NCBI GenBank assembly: GCA_041576165.1
Contig: JBFGLM010000009.1
Location: 1 to 64,000, forward strand
Reading direction: 5' to 3'
Length of the DNA stretch: 64,000 nt
DNA from: Acidimicrobiia bacterium
Lineage (GTDB): Bacteria; Actinomycetota; Acidimicrobiia; Spongiisociales; Spongiisociaceae
Positions 17,996 through 27,487 of this stretch are shown here, piece by piece (within the stretch, counting starts at the first letter, position 1; each line of letters starts with the position of its first letter). The notes under the pieces were generated by a model. That model saw only the letters and a list, made by a program, of their open reading frames with translations, ran no database searches and was not told the DNA's origin. The translations under genes were made by a program, and so were the position numbers.

Positions 17996-19786
17996 ATGGC
18001 AGAGCGCTTCCCGAGTCCGTTTGAAGTAGATACGCCGGCCGGTGCTGAGGGATGGGAGTCCCTCTACACATACTCGCTGCCGTTCTCCCAGGACCGCCGC
18101 GACGACGAGGACGCGACATTTTGGTTCTATGACAGCGTCCACTGGCCCGATCCGCTCACGCCGTGGGACGCCACCTGGCTCGAGTACGCCCTGGCGTCGC
18201 TCAGCCAGTACAACACCCGCCACTACTTGATCCCTCCCGCCATGGGCGTCGACTACCGAGTGCTGAACGGGTATGCCTACCTGTCGCCGGTGCCCGTGCT
18301 CGACCCGGCAGAGATCGAGGCGCGGGTTCCGCAGTTCATGGAACGCGCCGGCTTCTATTTCATGAACTGGGACGATCTCTACGACAAGTGGCTGGTCAAG
18401 ATCAAGGCGCTGGTCGCCGAAGCTGAGGCGATCACGTTTGAGCCGCTGCCCGACAAAGAAGAGATGGAAGTCATAACCGAGGGCCACGGAGCGGGGTCGG
18501 GGCTGACCATCCAGGAGAGCTACCGCAACCTGCTCAATCTCGGACTGCGGTTGTGGCAGCACCACTTCGAGTTCCTCAACTTGGGATACGCCGCCTATCT
18601 CGACTTCTTCGGCTTCTGCAAGGAGGCTTTTCCCAATATCCCGGATCTGGCGATCGCGAAGATGGTCGCAGGCGTCGACGTCGATCTGTTCCGGCCCGAC
18701 GAAGAGCTGAAAACGCTCGCACGTGTGGTCGTCGAGAATGGTCTTCAGGATGCACTCAACTCCGATGATCCGATGTCCGCATTGGCCGACACGCCGTTCA
18801 TGGATCACTGGGACGCGGTGAAGGACCCGTGGTTCAACTTCTCGAACAGCACCGGCTTCTATCACCACCACAAGGTGTGGATCGAGCATCCGGAGATTCC
18901 GATCAGCTTCATCCAGAATTACGTCCAGGAACTCGAAAACGGGGTGGACATCGCTCGGCCGAGTGATGAGATCACGGCCGAGCGGGATCGAATCGTCTCT
19001 GAGTACGAGGCGCTGCTCGCCACCGACGAGGACCGGGAGGCCTTCCAAGCCAAACTGGGCCTGGCCCGGGTGGTCTTCCCTTACGTCGAGAATCACAACT
19101 TCTACGTTGAGCATTGGAGCCACTCGGTCTTCTACCGGAAGATGAAGGACTTGGGCGACGTGTTCGTAAAAGAGAGATTCATCGATGATCGCAACGATGT
19201 GTTCTACATGAAGCGGGATGAGGTCAACGAGGCGTTGTGGGACATGTACTCGGCATGGGCAGTCGGCACCCGTCCGCGGGGACCCCTCTATTGGAAGCGG
19301 GAAGTTGCGAACCGCAAGGACATACTCGAGGCGCTGCGCGGCTGGACCCCGCCGCCGGCGCTCGGAGCACCGCCGGAGGTCGTCACCGAGCCATTCACGA
19401 TCATGTTGTGGGGAATTACTTCCGACTCCATCAACATGTGGCTGGGAGCCGAATCGGTGGAAGGCGGGGATCTTCAAGGGTTCGCCGCCTCGCCCGGAAC
19501 GGCTGAGGGCGTGGCTCGCGTGATCATGGACGCCGATCAGATCGGTCAGCTGGAAGAGGGCGAGATTCTGATCGCGCCGATCACCGCTCCGAGTTGGGCA
19601 CCGGTGTTCGGCAAGATCAACGGCGCCGTGACCGACATCGGCGGGATGATGTCGCATGCTGCGATCGTTTGTCGCGAGTACGGCTTGCCGGCGGTGACCG
19701 GCACCGCTTTCGGGACCAAGAACGTCAAGACCGGCATGCGGGTGCGAGTAGACGGCAACGCCGGCACCGTGACCGTCCTCGACTAG
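17996..19786 (+). CDS. PEP-utilising phospho-His subunit (phenylphosphate synthase alpha / CreHI-type)
   Basis: C-terminal swivel domain GGMMSHAAIVCREYGLPAV; long N-terminal domain RFPSPFE..GWESLY..WFYDSVHWP. Confidence 0.85.
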   Translation: MAERFPSPFEVDTPAGAEGWESLYTYSLPFSQDRRDDEDATFWFYDSVHWPDPLTPWDATWLEYALASLSQYNTRHYLIPPAMGVDYRVLNGYAYLSPVPVLDPAEIEARVPQFMERAGFYFMNWDDLYDKWLVKIKALVAEAEAITFEPLPDKEEMEVITEGHGAGSGLTIQESYRNLLNLGLRLWQHHFEFLNLGYAAYLDFFGFCKEAFPNIPDLAIAKMVAGVDVDLFRPDEELKTLARVVVENGLQDALNSDDPMSALADTPFMDHWDAVKDPWFNFSNSTGFYHHHKVWIEHPEIPISFIQNYVQELENGVDIARPSDEITAERDRIVSEYEALLATDEDREAFQAKLGLARVVFPYVENHNFYVEHWSHSVFYRKMKDLGDVFVKERFIDDRNDVFYMKRDEVNEALWDMYSAWAVGTRPRGPLYWKREVANRKDILEALRGWTPPPALGAPPEVVTEPFTIMLWGITSDSINMWLGAESVEGGDLQGFAASPGTAEGVARVIMDADQIGQLEEGEILIAPITAPSWAPVFGKINGAVTDIGGMMSHAAIVCREYGLPAVTGTAFGTKNVKTGMRVRVDGNAGTVTVLD

Positions 19787-19791
19787 GAACG

Positions 19792-19845
19792 CGAGTCCGT
19801 TGGGTCGTGGGGTGGCGTCAGCCGCCCCGGGGGACACCGGACTCG
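19792..19845 (+). other. Intergenic stem-loop between kinase and Rieske oxygenase genes
   Basis: Outer CGAGTCCG/CGGACTCG; inner GGGGTGGC-GTCA-GCCGCCCC. Confidence 0.55.
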
Positions 19846-19860
19846 AGACTGGAGACCGAG

Positions 19861-21126
19861 ATGTTGTCCAAGGAACAGAATGAGATCCTCACCCGGGTTG
19901 GCCCGGGAACTCCGATGGGGAACCTGCTGCGCCGCTACTGGTATCCGATTGCGTTCACCAAGGACCTGGATGAATGGCCGATCAAGAAGGTGCGGCTGCT
20001 GGGGGAGGATTTTGCACTGTGGAAGACCCCGCAGGGTGGGTACGGCATCGTGCAGGAGAAATGCCCGCATCGACACGCATCTCTGGTCTACGGCGTGGTG
20101 GAAGAAGAAGGCCTGCGCTGCGGGTACCACGGATGGTGTTTCGACCTCGACGGAGCCTGCGTTGATCAGCCTGCGGAGCCGGAGAAGTCGACGTTCAAGA
20201 ACAACATCCAAGCCTTTGCGGGCCACGCTCGTGAGCTGGGCGGGATGGTGTGGGTCTATACCGGGCCCGATCCGGCACCCGAACTTCCCAGGTTCGACGT
20301 TTTCGTGGATTCCGGGTTCAAGGATGCAGGTCACTCCGTGCTGCCGTGCAACTGGTTGCAGATCATGGAGAATTCAGTCGACCCTCACCACGTCGAGTTT
20401 CTCCACGGTCGGTACTTCGAGTTCCTGGGCAGTCAGCAAGGGTTCGTTGCGCCCAAGTCATTTCAGAAGAAGCACGTGAAGGTGGGCTTCGACCCCATGG
20501 AATGGGGAATCTTGAAGCGCCGGGTTCTCGAGGGACATTCTGAGGAGGACGACGACTGGAAGATAGGCCATCCGCTCGTCTTCCCGTTCTCGATGCGAGT
20601 CGGCGGCGCCGGCATCGACCAGATGCAGATCCGGGTGCCCATTGACGACACTCATACCTGGGCGATCTTCTATTCCAACCATCACCCGGAGGGCTTGCAG
20701 TCCTATCCCGACCAGATCTACCCCGAGATCTACGAATACGAGTGGCTGGACGAGGCGGGCAACCACATCGTGGATTACATCGAAGGTCAGGACATCATGG
20801 CCTGGGTGAGCCAGGGCGACATCGCAGACCGCAGCGCCGAACACATCGGCAAGTCGGACATCGGCGTGATCATGCTGCGACGTATGTTCAAGGAGCAGCT
20901 GTCGCTGGTGGAGGAAGGCAAGGACCCGACGGTCGGATTCACTCGAGAGCCGCACGACCGGATCGAGCTGCCATGCGAGAAGGACAAGTTCGGGGCCGGT
21001 GTCGACTTCGCCCTCGCCTGGCTCGACATGGGCTCGACCCGCTACTCGCCGTCGCTCGACACTCTCCGTAAGATCCACATCGAAGCGGCTGCGGCGCGGG
21101 GCGAGGCACCCACCCAACAGCCGTGA
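19861..21126 (+). CDS. Rieske non-heme iron oxygenase alpha subunit (phthalate 4,5-dioxygenase / LigX-like)
   Basis: Start MLSKEQNEILTRVGPGTPMGNLLRRYW (19861); CPH...CGYH; ENSVDPHHVEFLH; QDIMAW. Confidence 0.92.
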   Translation: MLSKEQNEILTRVGPGTPMGNLLRRYWYPIAFTKDLDEWPIKKVRLLGEDFALWKTPQGGYGIVQEKCPHRHASLVYGVVEEEGLRCGYHGWCFDLDGACVDQPAEPEKSTFKNNIQAFAGHARELGGMVWVYTGPDPAPELPRFDVFVDSGFKDAGHSVLPCNWLQIMENSVDPHHVEFLHGRYFEFLGSQQGFVAPKSFQKKHVKVGFDPMEWGILKRRVLEGHSEEDDDWKIGHPLVFPFSMRVGGAGIDQMQIRVPIDDTHTWAIFYSNHHPEGLQSYPDQIYPEIYEYEWLDEAGNHIVDYIEGQDIMAWVSQGDIADRSAEHIGKSDIGVIMLRRMFKEQLSLVEEGKDPTVGFTREPHDRIELPCEKDKFGAGVDFALAWLDMGSTRYSPSLDTLRKIHIEAAAARGEAPTQQP

Positions 21127-21410
21127 CGTACCGCGAGGTCGACAACCATGTCGAGGTCCCCGAGCCCCAGCCGGGCAGCCGCACCGGCGGGGCCCATTGG
21201 TGGGACCCGGACCGCCTGCAACACCTACACGACCTGCCCCGATTTTGCCCCGACTGTGGGGCGGCTGTCACGGGTACCGGGGGAATCTCCATCGAATATT
21301 GGGAGTCCGACCGGCGGGTATACCACACGTGGTGCCGGGCGTGCGGTTGGACCGGCGACATCGTCCGGGTGCGGCGAATGATCGGCCACGAACCAGACGA
21401 CGACGAGTGA
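21123..21410 (+). CDS. Small Cys4 (CxxC..CxxC) protein coupled to the oxygenase
   Basis: FCPDCG..WCRACGW; GTGA overlap with the oxygenase stop. Confidence 0.72.
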   Translation: MTYREVDNHVEVPEPQPGSRTGGAHWWDPDRLQHLHDLPRFCPDCGAAVTGTGGISIEYWESDRRVYHTWCRACGWTGDIVRVRRMIGHEPDDDE

Positions 21411-21455
21411 GCCGCCGGTGTCGGAGTTGGGCCCGACGGCGGATACTGTGACGAC

Positions 21456-21902
21456 GTGACCGGGGCAGTCATCTACGAACACAGCCAACGCAGCTTCTAT
21501 TGGGTGGCGGTAGGGGCCTTCATCCTGGCCGTGGCCGGCATCCCAGTCGCATTGGGTGAGCCGATCGACGCTCTCGGGACGCTGGCACTCGTCCTGTTCA
21601 CCGCGATCATCACGCTGCTGGTCGCAGCCTTCGCCCGTCTCACAACGACCGTGACTCGTGATGAGGTCGTCGTGCGGTTCACCTGGGGCTGGCCGAGACG
21701 GGTGATCCAGCGCCACGACATACTTGCTCACCAGCCGGTCCGGAACCGGTGGATCTACGGATGGGGCGTTCGGTGGATTCCCCGCGGCATGTTGTGGAAC
21801 GTGTGGGGATTGGACGCAGTCGAGTTGATGCTGGGGAATGGGCGGCGATTCCGCATCGGCACCGACGACCCGACAGGCCTCGACGCGGCTTTGACGCTAT
21901 GA
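21456..21902 (+). CDS. Membrane protein (2 TM plus small soluble domain)
   Basis: Two hydrophobic helices; YGWGVR..IGTDDP. Confidence 0.7.
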   Translation: MTGAVIYEHSQRSFYWVAVGAFILAVAGIPVALGEPIDALGTLALVLFTAIITLLVAAFARLTTTVTRDEVVVRFTWGWPRRVIQRHDILAHQPVRNRWIYGWGVRWIPRGMLWNVWGLDAVELMLGNGRRFRIGTDDPTGLDAALTL

Positions 21903-21917
21903 ACAAGGGGCTCGGAA

Positions 21918-22295
21918 ATGGGTGAATCGTGGCACACCGCCCACCGCTGGGAACTGGAATGGCAGGACGACGTCAACATCCTGGCGCTCGGCCACGGCGT
22001 CCAGGTCAAAGTGCTGTATCAGGACCTCGAGACCGAGCACACCGATATGTTGGTGAAGTTCCCACCGGGCTATGTCGAACCCGTCCACACCCACGACGCC
22101 AGTCATTCGATCATCGTGCTGGAGGGCGTGCAGATCGCCAACGGCGAGCCGATGCGGCCCGGCGATTATGTATGGGCGTCAGGGCCCAACCCCCACGGAC
22201 CGTTCGAATATCCCGAGGGTTGCGTGGTGTTCGTGAGCTTCCGGGGTCCGTCGATCAAACACATCTATCCGGGATCACCCGCGGGCGATCCGTGA
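21918..22295 (+). CDS. Cupin domain protein
   Basis: PVHTH..VLEG..PGDY..PHGP. Confidence 0.8.
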   Translation: MGESWHTAHRWELEWQDDVNILALGHGVQVKVLYQDLETEHTDMLVKFPPGYVEPVHTHDASHSIIVLEGVQIANGEPMRPGDYVWASGPNPHGPFEYPEGCVVFVSFRGPSIKHIYPGSPAGDP

Positions 22296-22331
22296 AGCTG
22301 AACATCCGGTGATGCAGAGGTGCGGAGCGGC

Positions 22332-22727
22332 TCAGGCCGGTGGGAACTCGAATACCTGACGGGGTTCGATCTTCACGATCACTCGAGGCGAGCGGATCGG
22401 GTTCGGGTAGTCCTCGACGCCTAGGTAGCGCTGCGCCAGCTTGTCGATATGGTCCCGTGCTTCCTGGCCATGGACGGCGTCGACCATCTTTCCCCTCACC
22501 TCGACCCAGCTCCAATGGTTGTCCGGATCGACCACCGTCACAGTCACGTTGGGGTTCTCTTGGAGGTTCTTGAACTTCCGGCGCTCGATCTCGGTGTTCA
22601 CGACCAGGTGTCCATCCTCCTGATCGATCCAGACCGGTTGATTCTGGATGAGTCCGCTGGGCAGCACGGTCGCCATCATTCCGATGGTTCCGTTGTCGAT
22701 CATCTTCTCGAGCTTCTCCGGTAGCAC
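22332..22727 (-). CDS. PPOX-class putative F420-dependent oxidoreductase
   Basis: RKFKNLQENPNV, WVEVRG, HIDKLAQRYLG; SD GAGGAGG. Confidence 0.85.
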   Translation of the reverse strand: MLPEKLEKMIDNGTIGMMATVLPSGLIQNQPVWIDQEDGHLVVNTEIERRKFKNLQENPNVTVTVVDPDNHWSWVEVRGKMVDAVHGQEARDHIDKLAQRYLGVEDYPNPIRSPRVIVKIEPRQVFEFPPA

Positions 22728-22762
22728 TACGACCTCCTCGGGTTGGTTGCACGGTAGACGAT

Positions 22763-23641
22763 TCAGTCTTTATGGGAATCCCGGAGATACTGCGCGGTCA
22801 TCCCCATGTCGTCCTCGCCCATTCCGGCCGCTGACGTGGCCTCCATCACTTCCATGTTGGTGGCAGCCCCCGGCATCGGGGTTCCGGTTTCGTCCGCCAG
22901 CCCCAGGATCAACTCGAGGTCCTTGATCGCTAGGTCGACGGTGAACGTGACGGGGATCGAACCGGGCGACTCGTACACCGCACGCCGGTAGGTGAGCATG
23001 GGGGAGTTGGCGGCGCTTGCCGCGAAGGCATCGAGTGCCACCGACCGCTCGATTCCGGCGTTCTCGGCCAAAACCATGGCTTCGGATACGGCTTCGTTGA
23101 TGGCGTAGATCATCGAGTTGATGGCGAGCTTCATGGTCGCACCGGCGCCAGATCGGCCTACGTTGATCACGGGCGATCCCATAGCCGAGAGCACCGGGGT
23201 GACCCGCTCGACGGTAGCGGGATCGCCACCGGCCATGATCATCAGCTTCCTGCCGGCGGCGGCCGCGGTGCTGCCCGACACCGGTGCATCTACCAGTTGC
23301 GCGCCCCGTTCCTCGACCTGGGGCGCCAGCCGGGCGATGGTGGCCGGACCCACGGTGCTCATATCCACCGCAGCTGCATGGTCTTGCAGTCCGGCGAGTA
23401 CTCCGTCGTCACCGGCGTAAATGGCCCGGAGCGCCGTGCCATCCGCCACCATGGTGACGATCACGTCGCACGCGGCGGCTAGGTCACGGGCGCTCGGGTA
23501 GACCGTGGCTCCGTGGTCGGCAGCGAACGCCTCGGATTTCGAACTTGTGCGGTTCCAGACGCCGGTGGTGAAGCCGGCTTCGACCAGGTTGGCCGCCATC
23601 GGGGTTCCCATCCGTCCCAGGCCGATGAATCCAACGTTCAT
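22763..23641 (-). CDS. Beta-hydroxyacid dehydrogenase (3-HIBADH family)
   Basis: GFIGLGRMG, DAPVSGS, MKLAIN. Confidence 0.9.
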   Translation of the reverse strand: MNVGFIGLGRMGTPMAANLVEAGFTTGVWNRTSSKSEAFAADHGATVYPSARDLAAACDVIVTMVADGTALRAIYAGDDGVLAGLQDHAAAVDMSTVGPATIARLAPQVEERGAQLVDAPVSGSTAAAAGRKLMIMAGGDPATVERVTPVLSAMGSPVINVGRSGAGATMKLAINSMIYAINEAVSEAMVLAENAGIERSVALDAFAASAANSPMLTYRRAVYESPGSIPVTFTVDLAIKDLELILGLADETGTPMPGAATNMEVMEATSAAGMGEDDMGMTAQYLRDSHKD

Positions 23642-23649
23642 GCTGCTCC

Positions 23650-25989
23650 TCAGTCGTGTTGTGTCCTTGTGGCGTCCGGATCGCCGGCCGCGATCAAATC
23701 CCGGACCGCTTCCGGCGTCAGCGGGTAGCGGTCGGCCACCACGCCGAAGTCGGAGAGCGCGTTCTCAACTGCGGCGCAGATCGCGGCTGTCACGGGCAGT
23801 GTGCCTCCCTCGCCGGCGCCCTTGGCGCCCAGCGGGTTGTCGGGAGCGGGAGTCTCGGTGTGAATCTTGTTGAGCGGTGGCATTTCACCAGCCGAGACGA
23901 TCCGGTAGTCCATGAAGGTGGTGGTGAGAGGCTGACCGTCGTCGCTGAAGACCACCCGCTCGCAGAGAGCATTGCCCAGACCATGGGCCACGGCGCCATC
24001 AATCTGGCCATCGACGATCATTGGATTCAACACGGTTCCGCAGTCATGGACCACTGTGTAGTTCTGGACGACGATCAGTCCGGTCTCGACGTCGACTTCG
24101 ACCTCGGCGATGTGGCACCCGAACGCGTAGGTGGGGCGCTGGAGCCGGTACGCGGCGGAAGCAGTCAGCCCGGGGCCGATCACTTCATGCAGCGGGACCG
24201 CCGCGGTTCCCTGTACCGATGCGGCCAGCTCGGCCAGGCTCACCGATGCGTCTGGCTGTCCGGCGACCTGGACCCGCCCTTCCTGCAAGATCAAGTCTTC
24301 CGCCGCCGCCTCCAGCCGGTCCGCCGCCAGTATGCGTGCGAGTTGGGCGACCCCTTCGGCGGCGAGGTACACAGATGAACCAGCGGTCACAGCCGTACGG
24401 GACGCTGCGGTGGAGATGCCGTAGCCGTAGCGGTCTGAGTCGGCCGCCCGCACCGTGACGTCGCCGATGTCGATGCCCAGCACGTCGCTGGCAATCTGGG
24501 CGAACACGGTGGCGTGGCCCTGTCCCTGGGAAGCAGCGCCGGTGTCGATCATCACCTTGCCGCTGGGGAGCACCTCCATCTTTGCGCCTTCGAACGGTCC
24601 CAGCCCCGTGTCCTCTACGTAGAGGGCCACCCCGATCCCGCGGTGCCGTCCGCCGATCGTCGCGTTGGACTTGCGCGCCTGGAATCCGTCCATATCGGCC
24701 CGCTCCAGCGCCAGGTCGAGCGCCTGCTGATAATTACCGCTGTCGTACGTGACGAAACCCCCACCCCGCCCCGGCAGGGGCACCTCGTAGGGGAATGCGT
24801 CGGCGGGGATCAGGTTGCGCCGCCGGACCTCGACGGGGGAGAGCCCCAGACGCCGGGCGATGGCGTCCATCATCCGCTCATGTGCGTAGGTCGCGTAAGG
24901 GCGGCCGGCCCCTCTGATGGGATTGGTGGGCGGCTTGTTGGTGTAGACCACCTGGAGCGTGAGATCGAGCGCCGGCAGCACGTAGGGACCGGGCATCAAC
25001 TGAAGACCGGTACCGGGCAGAATCAGCCCGTACGGCACGTATGCGCCGTTGTCGTGCAGCAGGTGGCCTCGTAGTCCGAGCAGCGTGCCGTCGGCGCGCA
25101 CTGCCACCTCCAGCCGGTGGGTCTGGTCACGCTGCTGGAGTGTGGTGGTCAAATGCTCCCGGCGGGTCTCGATCCATTTGACCGGGCGCTGCAGGTGGCG
25201 GGCCAGACCAGTGACCACGTATTCCTCGGCGTAGACGGCGGCCTTGGGGCCGAACCCCCCTCCGACATCGGGGGCGATCACCCGGAGTTGCTCGAGCGGG
25301 ATGTCCAAGTAACCCGACAGCTGGGTGCGCAACGGGTAGGGAGACTGGGTGGAAGACCAAACCGTGAGCGTCCCGAAGTTGGGATCCGGGCTGGCCGCAA
25401 CTCCACGGGGCTCGATGGAGGCGCAGGCCCCACGATGCTGATGCAACTCGACCGGGATGATCTCTTCGGCCGCGGCGTAGGCAGCCGGGATGTCTCCGTA
25501 GGCCGCCGTCAGCTCGGCGATCAGGTTGGAGGCGATGCCGTCGTGCGCCAGCGGCGAGCCGTCGTCGAGGGCTCGTTGGTGGTCCAACACCGGCGGGCGC
25601 GGCTCGTATTCGACATACACCAGTTCGGCCGCATCCGCCGCCTGATACCGGCTCTCCGCTACCACCACGACAACGGGCTCGCCGACATAGGCCACGGCAT
25701 CGGTTGCGAGCGGGCTGGCCTGACGGCTGTCGGCGATGGTTGGCGCTGGATAGAGGTTGGGCATCGGCCGGCCGAGGCCGAGGTCGGCGGCTGTGAACAC
25801 ACCAACAACTCCGGGGGCGCGACGGGCGTCGTCGAGATCGATGTGGCGGATCGCCGCCCGAGGCTCGGGGCTGCGGACGAAAGCTGCGTGCAGGACTCCG
25901 GGTAGCCGGATGTCATCGGTATAGCGACCCCCGCCAGTGATCAGGCGCGGATCCTCCACTCGGTGGGGCGACGTGCCGATCGGCGTCAT
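23650..25989 (-). CDS. Xanthine-dehydrogenase-family molybdopterin-binding large subunit (CoxL-like)
   Basis: VGGGFGPK, PIRGAGR, QGQGH, GAKGAGEGG; not the form I CODH AYxCSFR loop. Confidence 0.9.
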   Translation of the reverse strand: MTPIGTSPHRVEDPRLITGGGRYTDDIRLPGVLHAAFVRSPEPRAAIRHIDLDDARRAPGVVGVFTAADLGLGRPMPNLYPAPTIADSRQASPLATDAVAYVGEPVVVVVAESRYQAADAAELVYVEYEPRPPVLDHQRALDDGSPLAHDGIASNLIAELTAAYGDIPAAYAAAEEIIPVELHQHRGACASIEPRGVAASPDPNFGTLTVWSSTQSPYPLRTQLSGYLDIPLEQLRVIAPDVGGGFGPKAAVYAEEYVVTGLARHLQRPVKWIETRREHLTTTLQQRDQTHRLEVAVRADGTLLGLRGHLLHDNGAYVPYGLILPGTGLQLMPGPYVLPALDLTLQVVYTNKPPTNPIRGAGRPYATYAHERMMDAIARRLGLSPVEVRRRNLIPADAFPYEVPLPGRGGGFVTYDSGNYQQALDLALERADMDGFQARKSNATIGGRHRGIGVALYVEDTGLGPFEGAKMEVLPSGKVMIDTGAASQGQGHATVFAQIASDVLGIDIGDVTVRAADSDRYGYGISTAASRTAVTAGSSVYLAAEGVAQLARILAADRLEAAAEDLILQEGRVQVAGQPDASVSLAELAASVQGTAAVPLHEVIGPGLTASAAYRLQRPTYAFGCHIAEVEVDVETGLIVVQNYTVVHDCGTVLNPMIVDGQIDGAVAHGLGNALCERVVFSDDGQPLTTTFMDYRIVSAGEMPPLNKIHTETPAPDNPLGAKGAGEGGTLPVTAAICAAVENALSDFGVVADRYPLTPEAVRDLIAAGDPDATRTQHD

Positions 25990-26005
25990 TCAGCGCTCCT
26001 GGCGG

Positions 26006-26905
26006 TCATCCCCGTTCGATTCCCGAGTCCTGTTCCAGGTATCGGAGCAGCGCGGCGGCGTCGAGGCCCCCCAGGCCGGCCGTTTTGGACGCTTCGTAGA
26101 TCGGGACGGCCGCATCGAGCAGCGGGGTGGGTGCACCGACGGAACGTGCGTAGGACTGGATGATCTGGGCGTCCTTGAGGATGGTGTCGAGCCGGGCGGA
26201 CGGGGGGTCGTAGCTGTCGGCCGCCATCATTGGGCCGCGAATCTCGAAGATCCGCGAGGACCCGACCCCGTCGGCGATCACCTGCTGCACGGTGTCGGGA
26301 TCCATCCCGGCCGCGATGCCCAACGCGTGCGCCTCAGCGCTCGACAAGTTGTGCACCGCGACGAGCAGGTTGGCGATGAACTTCATGATCGAACCATTCG
26401 GGAAGGGCCCCAAGTAGTACGTGGCGCGCCCGAGCGTGTCGAACACCGACTTGGTGCGGTCGTAGGCGGCTTCGGTCCCCGACGCCATGACCACCAGGGT
26501 GGCGTCGGCCGCCTGGAGTCCGGTGCCGCTGACCGGCACGTCCATCAACTCGACCCCGCCCTCGGCGAACCGCCGGAACGACTTCTCCTTCGATTCGATG
26601 GGGAACACTCCCATCTCGGCCACGATCAGGCCTTCGGGCGCGCCCGATGCCACGTCGTCGGTCGCTTCGGCCAGGCTCTCCACCGTCGGCAGGGACAACA
26701 GGACAAGCTCGCTGGCGGCGGCCACGTCGGCGCCTGAGGTGTGCGGGGTGCCGCCCATCTCGGTGAAGGCGGCCACTTTGTCATCGACGACGTCGTAGCC
26801 GTGGACGTCGTAGCCGGCTGCGATGAGGTGGCGGGACATGGCCGATCCCATTATTCCGAGTCCGACCACCCCTACTCGTCGAATTCCGTTGGTCTCGCCG
26901 CTCAC
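26006..26905 (-). CDS. Beta-hydroxyacid dehydrogenase (3-HIBADH family)
   Basis: Start reassigned to GTG 26905 after SD GGGAGG; GVVGLGIMG, DVPVSGT, MKFIAN. Confidence 0.88.
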   Translation of the reverse strand: MSGETNGIRRVGVVGLGIMGSAMSRHLIAAGYDVHGYDVVDDKVAAFTEMGGTPHTSGADVAAASELVLLSLPTVESLAEATDDVASGAPEGLIVAEMGVFPIESKEKSFRRFAEGGVELMDVPVSGTGLQAADATLVVMASGTEAAYDRTKSVFDTLGRATYYLGPFPNGSIMKFIANLLVAVHNLSSAEAHALGIAAGMDPDTVQQVIADGVGSSRIFEIRGPMMAADSYDPPSARLDTILKDAQIIQSYARSVGAPTPLLDAAVPIYEASKTAGLGGLDAAALLRYLEQDSGIERG

Positions 26906-26919
26906 GCCGCCTCCCGCTC

Positions 26920-26940
26920 GATCGTGCAGAATATACGACC
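26920..26940 (-). promoter_or_regulatory. Operator-like 21-mer, copy 1 (GGTCGTATATTCTGCACGATC)
   Basis: 18/21 identical to 30276..30296; ends 14 nt upstream of the start codon. Confidence 0.65.
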
Positions 26941-27008
26941 GCACCGGAGCACGGTGTGGGAAGAGCGAATCGCCGGTGAAACCGGCGAAAAATGATGGAG
27001 GCGTGTCA

Positions 27009-27395
27009 ATGCGGCCATTCAATCCAGACGGGGTGGCGGGACCGTTCGCCAGCTATGTGCATGGCATCGAGGTTCAAACCCCGGCGAGGCTCCTGTTCGG
27101 CGCGGGTCAGACGGGGGTCGACTCGGACGGTCGCACCGGGGACGGTATCGAAGAACAGGCCCGACTGACTTGGGAGAACGTCAAGAGGGTGCTGGCCGGT
27201 GCCGGCATGGGCGTCGACAACATCGTCCAGCTCAACATGCTCCTGATCGACCGCGCCGACCGGGAGGGGGCCATGGTCGTGCGGGACGAGATGCTGGGCG
27301 ATCATCGGCCCACTTCGACGTTGATGTACATCTCGGGTCTGGCCAATCCCGATTGGCGGATCGAGATCGACTTCATCGCGGTCGACGACAGCTGA
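27009..27395 (+). CDS. RidA/YjgF family protein
   Basis: Start MRPFNP (27009); YVHG, AGQTG, RPTSTL, WRIEID. Confidence 0.85.
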   Translation: MRPFNPDGVAGPFASYVHGIEVQTPARLLFGAGQTGVDSDGRTGDGIEEQARLTWENVKRVLAGAGMGVDNIVQLNMLLIDRADREGAMVVRDEMLGDHRPTSTLMYISGLANPDWRIEIDFIAVDDS

Positions 27396-27487
27396 CCCGG
27401 CTGCGGGTGTAGCTGTGGCCGTCGCCGGTGCCCGCATCTGTAGCCGTGCCGGCGGCCGAATAGGATCCACGTCCGAAGGAGGTTGCG

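Noticed and set aside
16860-19786. Frameshifted PEP synthase or PPDK
   Set aside because: Two clean ORFs separated by an SD-containing spacer; no pyruvate-binding TIM barrel; the His domain is C-terminal as in aryl kinases.
17924-19837. Long antisense ORFs (also 32393..34282, 23656..24378, 14693..15634 and others)
   Set aside because: Shadow frames of well-supported genes, expected in high-GC DNA; no motifs.
23650-25989. Aerobic CO dehydrogenase
   Set aside because: The loop is PIRGAGR, not form I AYxCSFR, and no coxM/coxS or accessory genes are adjacent.
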